Origin: Natator depressus
Taxonomy: Eukaryota
Length of the DNA stretch: 64,000 nucleotides
NCBI RefSeq assembly: GCF_965152275.1
Contig: NC_134246.1
Coordinates: 34,532,151 to 34,596,150, forward strand
Reading direction: 5' to 3'
The notes under the pieces are model-generated. The model searched no databases. It was not told the DNA's origin and was given only the letters and a program-made list of their open reading frames with translations. Every line of letters starts with the position of its first letter. The stretch's first letter is position 1. This document shows, one piece after another, positions 23,231 to 34,440 of the stretch. Both the position numbers and the translations under genes were made by a program.

Positions 23231-24155
23231 CGGGTGGTGCTGGGTACATATCGTCAGGCCCCCGTTCCCTGCCTCCCTCCGTGAAAGCAGGGGCAGACAA
23301 TCATTTTGCGCCTTTTTTCTTGAGTTACCTGTGCAGACGCCATACCACGGCAAGCATGGAGCCCGCTCAGCTCACCGTATGTCTTCTGGGTGCTGGCAGA
23401 CATGGTACTGCATTGCTACACAGCATCAGTTAATTGCCTTTTGGCAGCAGACAGTGCAGTATGACTGGTAGCCGTCGTCGACATAGTCCTGGGTGCTCTT
23501 CTAACGAGGCAAATGGGCAAACATAGGAGTGACTCAGCCAGGTCATTTCCCTTTTAAGTTTCGTCTCGTGGCGATTGAGTCCTACCGGCAGTGTGCTGTC
23601 TTTTAACCTCCAGCCAGCAGAAGATGATGGCTAGTTGTCATACTGCACTGTCTTCTGCCGAGCACCCAGGAGATGATGACGGCTAGCGGTCATACTGCAG
23701 AGTCTGCTGCCAGCAAGATGTATAAAGATAGATGAAGTGGCTCAAAACAAGAAATAGACCAGATTTGTTTTGTATTCATTTTCTCCTCCTTCCCTCTGTG
23801 AAATCAACGGCCTGCCAAACCCAGTTTTGAATTCTATCCTTGAGGTTTTGAGTTCTATCCTTGAAGGGGCCATTCAGTTTCTCGCAAAGCCACCCCCTTT
23901 GTTGATTTTAATTCCCTGTAAGCCAAACCTGTAAGCCATGTCGTCAGTTGCCCCTCCCTCCATCAGGGCAACGGCAGACAATCGTTCCATGCCTTTTTTC
24001 TGTGCAGACGCCATACCACGGCAAGCATGGAGCCCGCTCAGATCACTTTGACAATTAGGAGCACATTAAACACCACATGCATTATCCAGCAGTATATGCA
24101 GCACCGGAACCTGGCAAAGTGATGCCGGGCGAGTAGGCGACGTCAGCGCGGTGAC

Positions 24156-25316
24156 GTGAGTGATGAGGACATGGACACAGACTTCTATCAAAGCAGGGGC
24201 CCTGGCAATGTGGGCATCATGGTGCTAAAGGGGCAGGTTCATGCGGTGGAACGCCGATTCTGGGCTTGGGAAACAAGCACAGACTGGTGGGATGGCATAA
24301 TGTTGCAGGTCTGGGACGATTCCCAGTGGTTGCGAAACTTTCGAATGCGTAAGGGCACTTTCATGAAACTTTGTGACTTGCTTTCCCCTGCCCTGAGGCA
24401 CAAGAATACCAAGATGAGAGCAGCCTTCACAGTTGAGAAGCGAGTGGCGATAGCCCTGTGGAAGCTTGCAATGCCAGACAGCTACTGGTCAGTCGGGAAT
24501 CAATTTGGAGTGGGCAAATCTACTGTGGGGGCTGCTGTGATGCAAGTAGCCAACGCAGTCAAAGATCTGCTGATATCGAGGGTAGTGACCCTGGGAAATG
24601 TACAGGTCATAGTGGAGGGCTTTGCTGCAATGGGATTCCCTAACTGCGGTGGGGCCATAGATGGAACCCATATCCCTATCTTGGCACCAGAGCACCAAGC
24701 CGGCGAGTACATAAACCGCAAGGGGTACTTTTCAATAGTGCTGCAAGCTCTGGTGGATCACAAGGGATGTTTCACCAACATCAATGTGGGATGGCCAGGA
24801 AAGGTACATGACGCTCACATCTTCAGGAACTCTGGTCTTTTTCAAAAGCTGCAAGAAGGGACTTTATTCCCAGACCAGAAAATAACCATTGGGGATGTTG
24901 AAATGCCTATATGTATCCTTGGGGACCCAGCCTACCCCTTAATGCCATGGCTTATGAAGCCATACACAGGCACCCTGGACAGTAGACAGGAGCTGTTCAA
25001 CTACAGGCTGAGCAAGTGCAGAATGGTGGTAGAATGTGCATTTGGACGTTTAAAAGCGCGCTGGTGCAGTTTACTGACTCGGTTAGACCTCAGCGAAACC
25101 AATATTCCCACTGCTATTACTGCTTGCTGTGTGCTCCACTATATCTGTGAGAGTAAGGGGGAGATATTTATGGTGGGGTGGGAGGTTGAGGCAAATCCTC
25201 TGGCTGCTGGTTTCGCACAGCCAGACACCAGGGTGGTTAGAAGAGCACAGGAGGGCGCGGTGCTCATCAGAGAAGCTTTGAAAACCAGTTTCATGACTGG
25301 ACAGGCTACGGTGTGA
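24156..25316 (+). CDS. Harbinger DDE transposase (DDE_Tnp_4 / HARBI1-like), intact 386-aa ORF.
   Basis: Candidate catalytic residues are AIDGTHIPILAPEH (D), ILGDPAYPLMPWLMKPY (D) and VVECAFGRLKARW (E), with the usual spacing. There are no internal stops. Confidence 0.75.
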   Translation: MSDEDMDTDFYQSRGPGNVGIMVLKGQVHAVERRFWAWETSTDWWDGIMLQVWDDSQWLRNFRMRKGTFMKLCDLLSPALRHKNTKMRAAFTVEKRVAIALWKLAMPDSYWSVGNQFGVGKSTVGAAVMQVANAVKDLLISRVVTLGNVQVIVEGFAAMGFPNCGGAIDGTHIPILAPEHQAGEYINRKGYFSIVLQALVDHKGCFTNINVGWPGKVHDAHIFRNSGLFQKLQEGTLFPDQKITIGDVEMPICILGDPAYPLMPWLMKPYTGTLDSRQELFNYRLSKCRMVVECAFGRLKARWCSLLTRLDLSETNIPTAITACCVLHYICESKGEIFMVGWEVEANPLAAGFAQPDTRVVRRAQEGAVLIREALKTSFMTGQATV

Positions 25317-25592
25317 AAGTTCTGTTTGTTTCTCCATGATGAAACCCACCGCCCCTTGGTTCACTCTACTTTCCTGTAAGCTAACCACCCTCCCCTCCTC
25401 CCTTCGATCACCGCTTGCAGAGGCAATAAAGTCATTGTTGCTTCACATTCATGCATTCTGTATTCATTCATCACACAAATAGGGGGATAACTACCAAGGT
25501 AGCCCAGGAGGGGTGGTGGAGGAGAGAAGCACCAGGAGAGGTGGTGGAGGAGGGAAGGACAAGGCCACACAGCACTTTAAAAGTTTAAAACT

Positions 25593-26225
25593 TTAAAACT
25601 TATTGAATGCCAGCCTTCTTTTGCTTGGGCAATCCTCTGCGGTGGAGTGGCTGGGTGGCTGGAGGCCCCCCCCCCACCGCGTTCTTGGGCGTCTGGGTGA
25701 CGAGGCTATGGAACTTGAGGAGGAGGGCGGTTGGTTACACAGGGGCTGTAGCGGCAGTCTGTGCTCCTGCCTTTCCTGCAGCTCAACCATACACCAGAGC
25801 ATATTGGTTTGATCCTCCAGCAGCCTCAGCATTGAATGCTGCCTCCTCTCATCACGCTGCCGCCACATTTGAGCTTCAGCCCTCTCTTCAGCCCACCACC
25901 TCTCCTCCTGGTTATATTGTGCTTTCCTGCACTCTGACATTGTCTGCCTCCATGCATTCGTCTGTGCTATGTCAGTGTGGGAGGACAGCATGAGCTTAGA
26001 GAACATTTCATCACAAGTGCGTTTTTTTCGACTTCTAATCTTCACTAGCCTCTGGGAAGGAGAAGATCCTGTGATCCTTGAAACACATGCAGCTGGTGGA
26101 GAAAAAAAAAAGGCAGTGGTATTTAAAAAGACACATTTTCTAGAACAATGGCTACACTCTTTCACGGTAAACCTTGCTGTTAACATTACATACACAGCAC
26201 ATGTGCTTTCGTTCCAAGGTCGCAT
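25593..26225 (-). CDS. Candidate second exon / C-terminal coiled-coil part of the Harbinger Myb-like protein (210-aa open frame). Splice phase not resolved.
   Basis: ECRKAQYNQEERWWAEERAEAQMWRQRDERRQHSMLRLLEDQTNMLWCMVELQERQEHR. It is on the same strand and downstream of the GTGAGT donor, but no acceptor in a compatible phase was found. Confidence 0.3.
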   Translation of the reverse strand: MRPWNESTCAVYVMLTARFTVKECSHCSRKCVFLNTTAFFFSPPAACVSRITGSSPSQRLVKIRSRKKRTCDEMFSKLMLSSHTDIAQTNAWRQTMSECRKAQYNQEERWWAEERAEAQMWRQRDERRQHSMLRLLEDQTNMLWCMVELQERQEHRLPLQPLCNQPPSSSSSIASSPRRPRTRWGGGLQPPSHSTAEDCPSKRRLAFNKF

Positions 26226-26625
26226 TTTGCCGCCCCCCCATGGCTAACAGCAGGGAAGATTTCTGTTCAGCCACAGGCAAACAGCCCAGCAGGAACGGGC
26301 ACCTCTGAATGTCCCCTTAGGAAAAGCACCCTATTTCAACCAGGTGACCATGAATGATATCACTCTCCTGAGGATAACACAGAGAGATAAAGAACGGATG
26401 TTGTTTGAATGCCAGCAAACATACACTGCAATGCTTTGTTCTACAATGATTCCCGAGTACGTGCTACTGGCCTGATGTGGTAAAGTGTCCTACCATGGTG
26501 GGTGGAATAAGGCTGCCCTCCCCAGAAACCTTTTGCAAAGGCTTTGGGAGTACATCCAGGAGAGCCGCAAATACCAGGGCAAATTAATCATTAAACATGC
26601 TTGCTTTTAAACCATGTATAGTATT

Positions 26626-27297
26626 TTAAAAGGTACACTCACCAGAGGTCCCTTCTCTTCCTGGCAGGTCTGGGAGGCAGCCTTGGGTGGGTCCAGGGGT
26701 GACTGCCTCCAGGTCCAGGGTGAGAAACAGTTCCTGGCTGTCGGGAAAACCGGTTTCTCCGCTTGCTTGCTGTGAGCTATCTACAACTTCATCATCATCA
26801 TCTTCCTCGTCCCCAAAACCTGCTTCTGTGTTGCCTCCATCTCCATTAAAGGAGTCAAACAACAAGGCTGGGGTAGTGGTGGCTGAACCCCCTAAAATGG
26901 CATGCAGCTCATCATAGAAGCAGCATGTTTGGGGCTCTGAATCGGAGCAGCCGTTTGCCTCTCTGGTTTTCTGGTAGGCCTTAAGTTTCACGCGGCATTG
27001 CTTCAGGTCCCTGTTATGGCCTCTGTCCTTCATGCCCTGGGAGATTTTGACAAATGTTTTGGCATTTCGAAACCTGGAACGGAGTTCTGATAGCACGGAT
27101 TCCTCTCCCCATACAGAGATAAGATCCCATACCTCCCATTTGGTCCATGCTGGAGCTCTTTTGCGATTCTGGGACTCCGTCGTGGTCACCTCTGCTGATG
27201 AGCTCTGGCCAGCGTGACAAGCTGCAGGTGAACATGCAAACAGGAATTTGAAATTCAAAAGTTCACGGGCCTTTTCCTGTCTACCTGGCCAGTGCAT
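26626..27297 (-). CDS. Harbinger Myb/SANT-like DNA-binding protein, first exon (223-aa open frame). A GTGAGT splice donor on the minus strand at 26637-26642 suggests a downstream exon.
   Basis: RKRAPAWTKWEVWDLISVWGEESVLSELRSRFRNAKTFVKISQGMKDRGHNRDLKQCRVKLKAYQKTREANGCS is Myb/SANT-like, followed by an acidic tail (DEEDDDDEVVD). The minus-strand sequence reads gacctctg|gtgagtgtacc. Confidence 0.6.
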   Translation of the reverse strand: MHWPGRQEKARELLNFKFLFACSPAACHAGQSSSAEVTTTESQNRKRAPAWTKWEVWDLISVWGEESVLSELRSRFRNAKTFVKISQGMKDRGHNRDLKQCRVKLKAYQKTREANGCSDSEPQTCCFYDELHAILGGSATTTPALLFDSFNGDGGNTEAGFGDEEDDDDEVVDSSQQASGETGFPDSQELFLTLDLEAVTPGPTQGCLPDLPGREGTSGECTF

Positions 27298-27299
27298 CT

Positions 27300-27742
27300 C
27301 AGTTGAGAGTGCTGTCCAGAGCGGTCACAATAGAGCACTCTGGGATAGCTCCCGGAGGCCAATACCGTCTAATGGCATCCACAGTACCCCAAATTCGACC
27401 CGGAAAGGCCGATTTAAGCGCTAATCCACTTGTCAGAGGTGGATTAAGGAAATCAATTTTAAGAGCCCATTAAGTCGAAAAGAAGGGCTTCATCGTGTGG
27501 ACGGGTGCAGCGTTACATCAATTTAACGCTGCTAAATTCGACCTAAACTCCTAGTGTAGACCGGGGCTCAGTGGGATACATTCTCCCATCGACTCCCCTT
27601 ACTCTTCTCATTCTGGTAGAGTACAGGAGTCAATGGGAGAGCGATCTGCAGTCGATTTAGCAGGTCTTCACTAGACCCACTAAATCGACCACTTATGCAT
27701 CGATTGTCACGCGTCGATCCCCCGGTAAGCGTAGACAAACCC
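27300..27742 (-). repeat. Harbinger right TIR / subterminal region.
   Basis: Inverted match to 22970-23230. It also matches the MITE at 61006-61299. Confidence 0.6.
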
Positions 27743-28638
27743 TAAGTTAAAGGTCACAACCATATATGGACCTCATGCCTTAACTCATCTTGAAAACCTG
27801 TCCCTTAGTCTCTCTGTGCCTCAGTGTCCTTTGTGACATGAGAACAATAGCTGTTCCCTGCACCGCATCAGTGTTGTGAGGATAAATGCATTGAAGCCTG
27901 TGAGATGCTCCGATACTGTGGTGGTCATATAACTGAGTGGACTCAGGGAGCACAGCACAGGAGACCCCGGTTCATATTGCTTGCGCATCATTTGGATCCA
28001 GTCCTTTCCTCTATTCACATGAGTCATTCCATTGAAGTCACATGACTAAAGTGATCCCCTTTCCTACATGTTTAATGGATCAGGCCTTTGGCCCCTGATA
28101 TTTGGATTTTTGGATTATTATTATGATTATTAGTATTACAATTGGTGATAATTTAATTATAAGACAATATTAATAACTATGATATACTCAAAGTTTAAAT
28201 TGTCCCTGGAGCTTTAAAAGACATAAAAGGAAGAGAGGGCCATCTCCTCAGTCAGTGTTAATTGGAATCAATAAGCCAAGTCCCCATCTGGTGCAAAATC
28301 AGCCATAGCACCACTGGAGTCAGTTGGGCTAGATTTGCAACTGGTGTAAGTTGGATATACGAATGATATATGAATCCTGGTCCTAGGTCATCGGGGGGGC
28401 TCCTCTGGTAGCAGCCTTCTCTGGAACAGCAGGGCAGCGATCAGCATCCTGGTCTTGGGTAGTGGGAAAGGTTCTCTGGGGGTCCTCCTCCTGAAGAGCT
28501 GGTGAGATGTTGCTCCAGGCTGTGAGGTCCCAAAGAGCCATCCTTGTTGCACCAGGTCTCCCTGCAGAGGTATCCCAGGGCTTTTCTTCAGCCAGGTGCT
28601 GATTCTTTCATCCTTGCTGGTGGTCCATGTCACAGAAC

Positions 28639-31600
28639 CATAGAATCATAGAATATCAGGGTTGGAAGGGACCTCAGGAGGTCATCTTGTCCAACCCCCT
28701 GCTCAAAGCAGGACCGATCCCCGACTAAATCATCCCAGGCAGGGCTTTGTCAAGCCTGACCTTAAAAACTTCTGGGGAAGGAGATTCCACCACCTCCCTA
28801 GTGAAAGCATTCCAGTGTTTCACCACCCTCCTAGTGAAAAAGTTTTTCCTAATATCCAACCTAAATCTTCCCCACTGCAACTTGAGACCATTACTCCTTG
28901 TTCTGTCATCTGCTACCACTGAGAACAGTCTAGAGCCATCCTCTTTGGAACCCCCTTTCAGGTAGTTGAAAGCAGCTATCAAATCCCCTCTCATTCTTCT
29001 CTTCTGAAGACTAAACATCCCCAGTTCCCTCAGCCTCGCCTCATAAGTCATGTGTTCCAGTCCCCTAATCATTTTTGTTGCCCTCCGCTGAACTCTTTCC
29101 AATTTTTCCACATCCTTCTTGTAATGTGGGGCCCAAAACTGGACACAGTACTCCAGATGAGGCCTCACCAATGTCGAATAGAGGGGAACTATCACGTCCC
29201 TCGATCTCCTGGCAATGCCCCGACTTATACATCCCAAAATGCCATTGGCCTTCTTGGCAACAAGGGCACACTGTTGACTCATATCCAACTTCTCGTCCAC
29301 TGTAACCTCTAGGTCCTTTTCTGCAGAACTGCTGCCGAGACATTCGGTCCCTAGTCTGTAGCGGTGCATGGGATTCTTCCGTCCTAAGTGCAAGACTCTG
29401 CACTTGTCCATCAGATTTCTTTTGGCCCAATCCTCCAATTTGTCTAGGTCCCTCTGTATCCTATCCCTACCCTCCTGCGTATCTACCACTCCTCCCAGTT
29501 TAGTGTCATCTGCAAACTTGCTGAGGGTGCAATGCACACCATCCTCCAGATCATTAATGAAGATATTGAACAAAACCGGCCCCAGGACTGACCCCTGGGG
29601 CACTCCACTTGATATCGGCTGCCAACTAGACATGCAGCCATTGATCACTACCCGTTGAGCCCGACAATCTAGCCAGCTTTCTATCCACCTTATAGTCCAT
29701 CCAGCCCATACTTCTTTAACTTGCTGGCAAGAATACTGTGGCAGACCGTGTGAAAAGCTTTGCTAAAGTCAAGGAACAACACGTCCACTGCTTTCCCTTC
29801 ATCCACAGCGCCAGTTATCTCGTCATAGAAGGCAATTAGATTAATCAAGCATGACTTGCCCTTGGTAAATCCATGCTGACTGTTCCTGATCACTTTCCTC
29901 TCCTCTAAGTGCTTCAGAATTGATTCCTTGAGGACCTGCTCCATGATTTTTTCAGGGACTGAGGTGAGGCTGACTGGCCTGTAGTTCCCAGGATCCTCCT
30001 CCTTCCCTTTTTTAAAGATGGGCACTACATTAGCCTTTTTCCAGTCATCTGGGACCTCCCCCGATCGCCATGAGTTTTCAAAGATAATGGCTAATGGTTC
30101 TGCAATCACATCCGCCAACTCCTTTAGCACTCTCAGATGCAACGCATCCGGCCCCATGGACTTTTGCTTTTTGCTTTTCTAAATAGTCCTGAACCACTTC
30201 TTTCTTCACAGAGGGCTGGTCACCTCCTCCCCATGCTGTGCTGCCCAGTGCAGCAGTCTGGGAGCTGACCTTGTTCGTGAAGACAGAGGCAAAAAAAGCA
30301 TTGAGTACATTAGCTTTTTCCACATCCTCTGTCACTAGGTTGCCTCCCTCATTCAGTAAGGGGCCCACACTTTCCTTGACTTTCTTCTTGTTGCTAACAT
30401 ACCTGAAGAAACCCTTCTTGTTACTCTTAACATCTCTCGCTAGCTGCAACTCCAGGTGTGATTTGGCCTTCCTGACTTCACTCCTGCAAGCCTGAGCAAT
30501 ATTTTTATACTCATCCCTGGTCATTTGTCCAATCTTCCACTTCTTGTAAGCTTCTTTTTTGTATATAAGAGCAGCAAGGATTTCACTGTTAAGCCAAGCT
30601 GGTCGCCTGCCATATTTACTATTCTTTCTAGACATCGGGATGGTTTGTCCCTGTAACCTCAATAAGGATTCTTTAAAATACAGTCAGCTCTCTTGGACTC
30701 CTTTCCCCCTCATGTTATTCTCCCAGGGGATCTTGCCCATCAGTTCCGTGAGGGAATCAAAGTCTGCTTTTCTGAAGTCCAGGGTCTGTATTCTACTGCT
30801 CTCCTTTCTTCCTTTTGTTAGGATCCTGAACTTGACCATTTCATGGTCACTGCCTCCCAGGTTCCCATCCACTTTTGCTTCCCCTACTAATTCTTCCCGG
30901 TTTGTGAGCAGCAGGTCAAGAAGAGCTCCGCTCCTAGTTGGTTCTTCCAGCACTTGTACCAGGAAATTGTCCCCTACATTTTTCAAAAAGTTCCTGGATT
31001 GTCTGTGCACCGCTGTATTGCTCTCCCAGCAGATATTAGGGTGATTGAAGTCTCCCATGAGAACCAGGGCCTGCGATCTAATAACTTCTGCGAGTTGGCG
31101 GAAGAAAGCCTCGTCCACCTCCTCCCCCTGGTCTGGTGGTCTATAGTAGACTCCCACCACGACATCAGCCTTGTTGCTCAGACTTCTAAACTTAATCCAG
31201 AGACTCTCAGGTTTTTCTGCAGTTTCATACTTGAGCTCTGAGCAGTCATACTGCTCCCTTACATACAGTGCAACTCCCCAACCTTTTCTGCCCTTCCTGT
31301 CCTTCCTGAACAGCTTATATCCATCCATGACAGTACTCCAGTCATGTGAGTTATCCCACAAAGTCTCTGTTATTCCAATCACATCATAATTCCTTGACTG
31401 TGCCAGGACCTCCAGTTCTCCCTGCTTGTTTCCCAGGCTTCGTGCATTTGTATATAGGCACTTGAGGTAACCTGATGATCGCCCCTCTTTCTCAGTATGA
31501 GGCAGGAGCCCTCCCCTCTCACGCGCTCCTGCTCGTGCCTCCTCCCGGTATCCCACTTCCCCACTTACCTCAGGGCTTTGGTCTCCTTCCCCCGGTGAAC

Positions 31601-32460
31601 CTAGTTTAAAGCCCTCCTCACTAGGTTAGCCAGCCTGCTTGCGAAGATGCCCTTCCCTCTCTTCGTTAGGTGGAGCCCGTCTCTGCCTAGCACTCCTCCT
31701 TCTTGGAACACCATCCCATGGTCAAAGAATCCAAAGCCTTCTCTCTAACACCACCTGCGTAGCCATTCGTTGACTTCCACGATTCGATGGTCTCTACCCA
31801 GGCCTTTTCCTTCTACGGGGAGGATGGACGAGAACACCACTTGCGTTTCAAACTCCTTTATCCTTCTTCCCAGAGCCACGTAGTTCGCAGTGATCCACTC
31901 AAGGTCATTCTTGGCAGTATCATTGGTGCCTACGTGAAGAAGCAGGAAGGAGTAGCGATCTGAGGGCTTGATGAGTCTTGGCAGTCTCTCCGTCACATCG
32001 TGAATCCTAGCTCCTGGCAACAGCAGACTTCACGGTTTTCCCGGTCGGGGCGGCAGATAGATGACTCAGTCCCCCTGAGGAGAGAGTCTCCGACCACCAC
32101 CACCCGCCTCCTTCTCTTGGGAGCGGTGGTCGTGGAACCCCCAACCCTAGGACAGTGCATCCCATGCCTTCCAATCGGCGAAGTCTCCTTCTGCTCCCTT
32201 CCCTCAGACGTATCATCTGGTCCACTCTCCGCATTAGTACCTGTGGAGAGAACATGAAAACGGTTACCTCTTCCTAGAGGCGCTGAGGGTGGTCTTCGAG
32301 ATGGGTTTCCACTGAGTTTTCAGAGAGGTGGAAGATGCAGGAGTAGCAGTAGCGGCAGAGGATTTCTGCGAAGCCAGCAGGGGAGTGATCATCTTCTCTG
32401 TCTGTCCTGGAGCACAGTGGTCTTCCTTCTGGGTTCTGGGGTCCATGGTGCAGAACCTAA
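28639..32460 (-). mobile_element. CR1 LINE copy 2, nearly full length (~3.8 kb). ORF2 is broken into four or more frames. An ORF1 remnant with an esterase (SGNH-like) domain is retained. (ATTCTATG) tail at 28639-28654.
   Basis: ORF pieces 28725-29648, 29690-30157, 30078-30662 and 30684-31556 are colinear with copy 1 ORF2 ([12 protein letters not shown]...[36 protein letters not shown]). 31745-32020 reads LLLHVGTNDTAKNDLEWITANYVALGRRIKEFETQVVFSSILPVEGKG. Confidence 0.75.
31745..32020 (-). CDS. CR1 ORF1 fragment with an SGNH/GDSL-esterase-like motif (HVGTND).
   Basis: I recall the esterase domain from ORF1 of CR1-clade LINEs. The reading frame is degraded. Confidence 0.4.
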   Translation of the reverse strand: MPGARIHDVTERLPRLIKPSDRYSFLLLHVGTNDTAKNDLEWITANYVALGRRIKEFETQVVFSSILPVEGKGLGRDHRIVEVNEWLRRWC

Positions 32461-34229
32461 TTTTTAGGGAAAAAGCGTGTAGGTCTGTGATTCAGTCATG
32501 AAACTGATAAAAACAGATACTACGCTTGGTCTGAGCTCCAACGAGCTGGTGACTGGTGGAACCAGGCTGATTCCACCAGCCACCAGCTCCTTGGAGCCCA
32601 CCTGTTCCACCACCAGGCTGGTGGAACGGGCGGGCTCAGTGGTACCCACAGTACATCAGGTGGCACCCTGAAGCGTGGGGGGCAACACATTGCAATTCCC
32701 TCCCTGAATTACTCAGAAGACCCAATCTATCTTATAGATACAAGAACTCTTGTAGTGGGTCTTCCCACCGGCTTTAGCTCTTTGGTGGAGTTGGAAGCTG
32801 AACATTTTGGTTACAAAGTATTGTTTGAAAAAGAACCAGTCTTCAGTGTTGTTCTTCTGATGCTCCATTCCAGGACGAGCTTTCACTTACCATGTTAAAA
32901 TGAAGTTAAAGGTTTTAACTCTCCTCTCGCCCACCTTTGTGTAAATCAGGCATCTCAATGAATACTCATCTCCATGTAAATTAGGAGTAAGCGTTATTTA
33001 GGTCAACGGGGCTCATTCTACATACATACGATCACTGCTGTGTTGATCAGGAGAAGCTGCACTGAGGACAATGGATTCTCCTTTCACATAAACTATGTTA
33101 ATAATTTTTTCTAGTACCTTCCTCTGACTCTTTGTCTGATACCCATCTCCTGGACTCACACCATAGGGCCCTCACACAGAGAGTAGGATTCGGTGAGTGT
33201 AACTTTAAAGAGAGGGAGTTTCCTTCAAGACACCCTAAAAAAGTAACTGACGAGATGGAAAATAATCCAACAGACTCCTGCTCACTGAACCGCTGGGGAT
33301 GGGTCCTTTCCACTCACCTCACTGCAAATCAGTAGTAACTCCACTCAAGTCAGAGCACCTGATTCTCCTCTCCTTTAAGTCCACATAAACAGGAGTAAGT
33401 CAATATGGCTAATAATCTTTTTACTCACTTCAGTGAAACGAGGAATAACTCCACTGAACTCAAAATAGGCATCCTTAGTCTTTAGAAAATTCTCTGGCCT
33501 ATGCAATGCAGAATGTCAGACTACATGGTCATAATGGCTCCTTCTGTCCTTAAAAATCTGTGAATTCTTGTATAGCAGTTGTGCTGCTAGTTGTACAACT
33601 TGAGGCCTCAACCATGTCCTACTCACTGTCTTTCCGCACAGACACGACCCATGCATAGAGATTAGATCTAATTCCCCTTCAGTAGGAGCCACCAGCCTCT
33701 TTCTCTTTCTGCCTCTATAGCCTTAGGCAGTTTTCCACTGGAAAAAGTTAATTCATTGGAATCAAAATGTTTTGTGGGAATGTGTCAAACTTGTCAAAAC
33801 CTTTCATGGAAACGAGCCAACCATCTGGTTGGTTGATGGATGGGCAAGTAGGCTGCTCAGCTCATCCAGCTCCCAGCTGCCTGCCTGGTGGGCTGCTGAG
33901 CTGTTTGTGTCCCTGGGATCTCCTGTTAGCCAGCCCCTGTGCTGTGCAAGATCCCCATCTCACCAGCTCCCCAGCTCCCTGAATCTCTGGCTCTATGAGC
34001 TCCCCATTTCCTCAAGTTCCCTGAAATCCCCAAGTTGCCAGCTGTTGGGTGGCTAGCACCTTGGGCTGCCCATCCCCAGTCTGTCCAGATCTCCCAGCTG
34101 CCCCACTCCCCAGTTTGGTAAGCTTCCTAGGCTATTCCCTCCCTAACTGCCCACCTGATGGGCTGCCAGCCAAAGCCCTCCTGGTGACATCATCCTCGCA
34201 GCCAGGCATTGACCTTTAGGATGCATCTG

Positions 34230-34440
34230 TCTCTGCCTGGTCGCTTGACTGGAAGGATTGACGAGAACACAACCTGTGAGCCCAACTCCTTCACCCTTAC
34301 TCTCAGAGCCCTGTAGTCTCTTCAGACCTGCTCAGGGTCAGACCTTGTAGTGTCATTAGTGCCCACATGGATGAGAAGCATGGGGTAGTTGTCAGAGGGC
34401 CAGATGATTCCTGACAACATCTTGGATACAGGCCCCTGGC
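34230..34440 (-). mobile_element. Older CR1 ORF1-region fragment.
   Basis: ggaaggattgacgagaacacaacctgtgagcccaactccttcacccttactctcagagcc parallels 31800-31900 in copy 2. Confidence 0.3.

Larger units (their letters stand above)
22970..27742 (+). mobile_element. Full-length PIF/Harbinger DNA transposon, ~4.8 kb. It has long imperfect TIRs, an intact DDE transposase ORF (+) and a Myb/SANT-like ORF (-). It is flanked by the trinucleotides TTA (22967-22969) and TAA (27743-27745).
   Basis: The left terminus is gggtatatctacactacgaaattaggtcgaattta. The reverse complement of the right terminus is gggtttgtctacgcttaccgggggatcgacgcg. Subterminal matches include gtccacagtacc...ggctatcccacag versus ggggtactgtggatgcc...gagctatcccagag. 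The two-gene content is typical of Harbinger. Confidence 0.75.

Noticed and set aside
24239-24721. Short antisense ORFs inside the Harbinger transposase gene.
   Set aside because: They are overlapped by a much longer motif-bearing ORF on the other strand and have no motifs.
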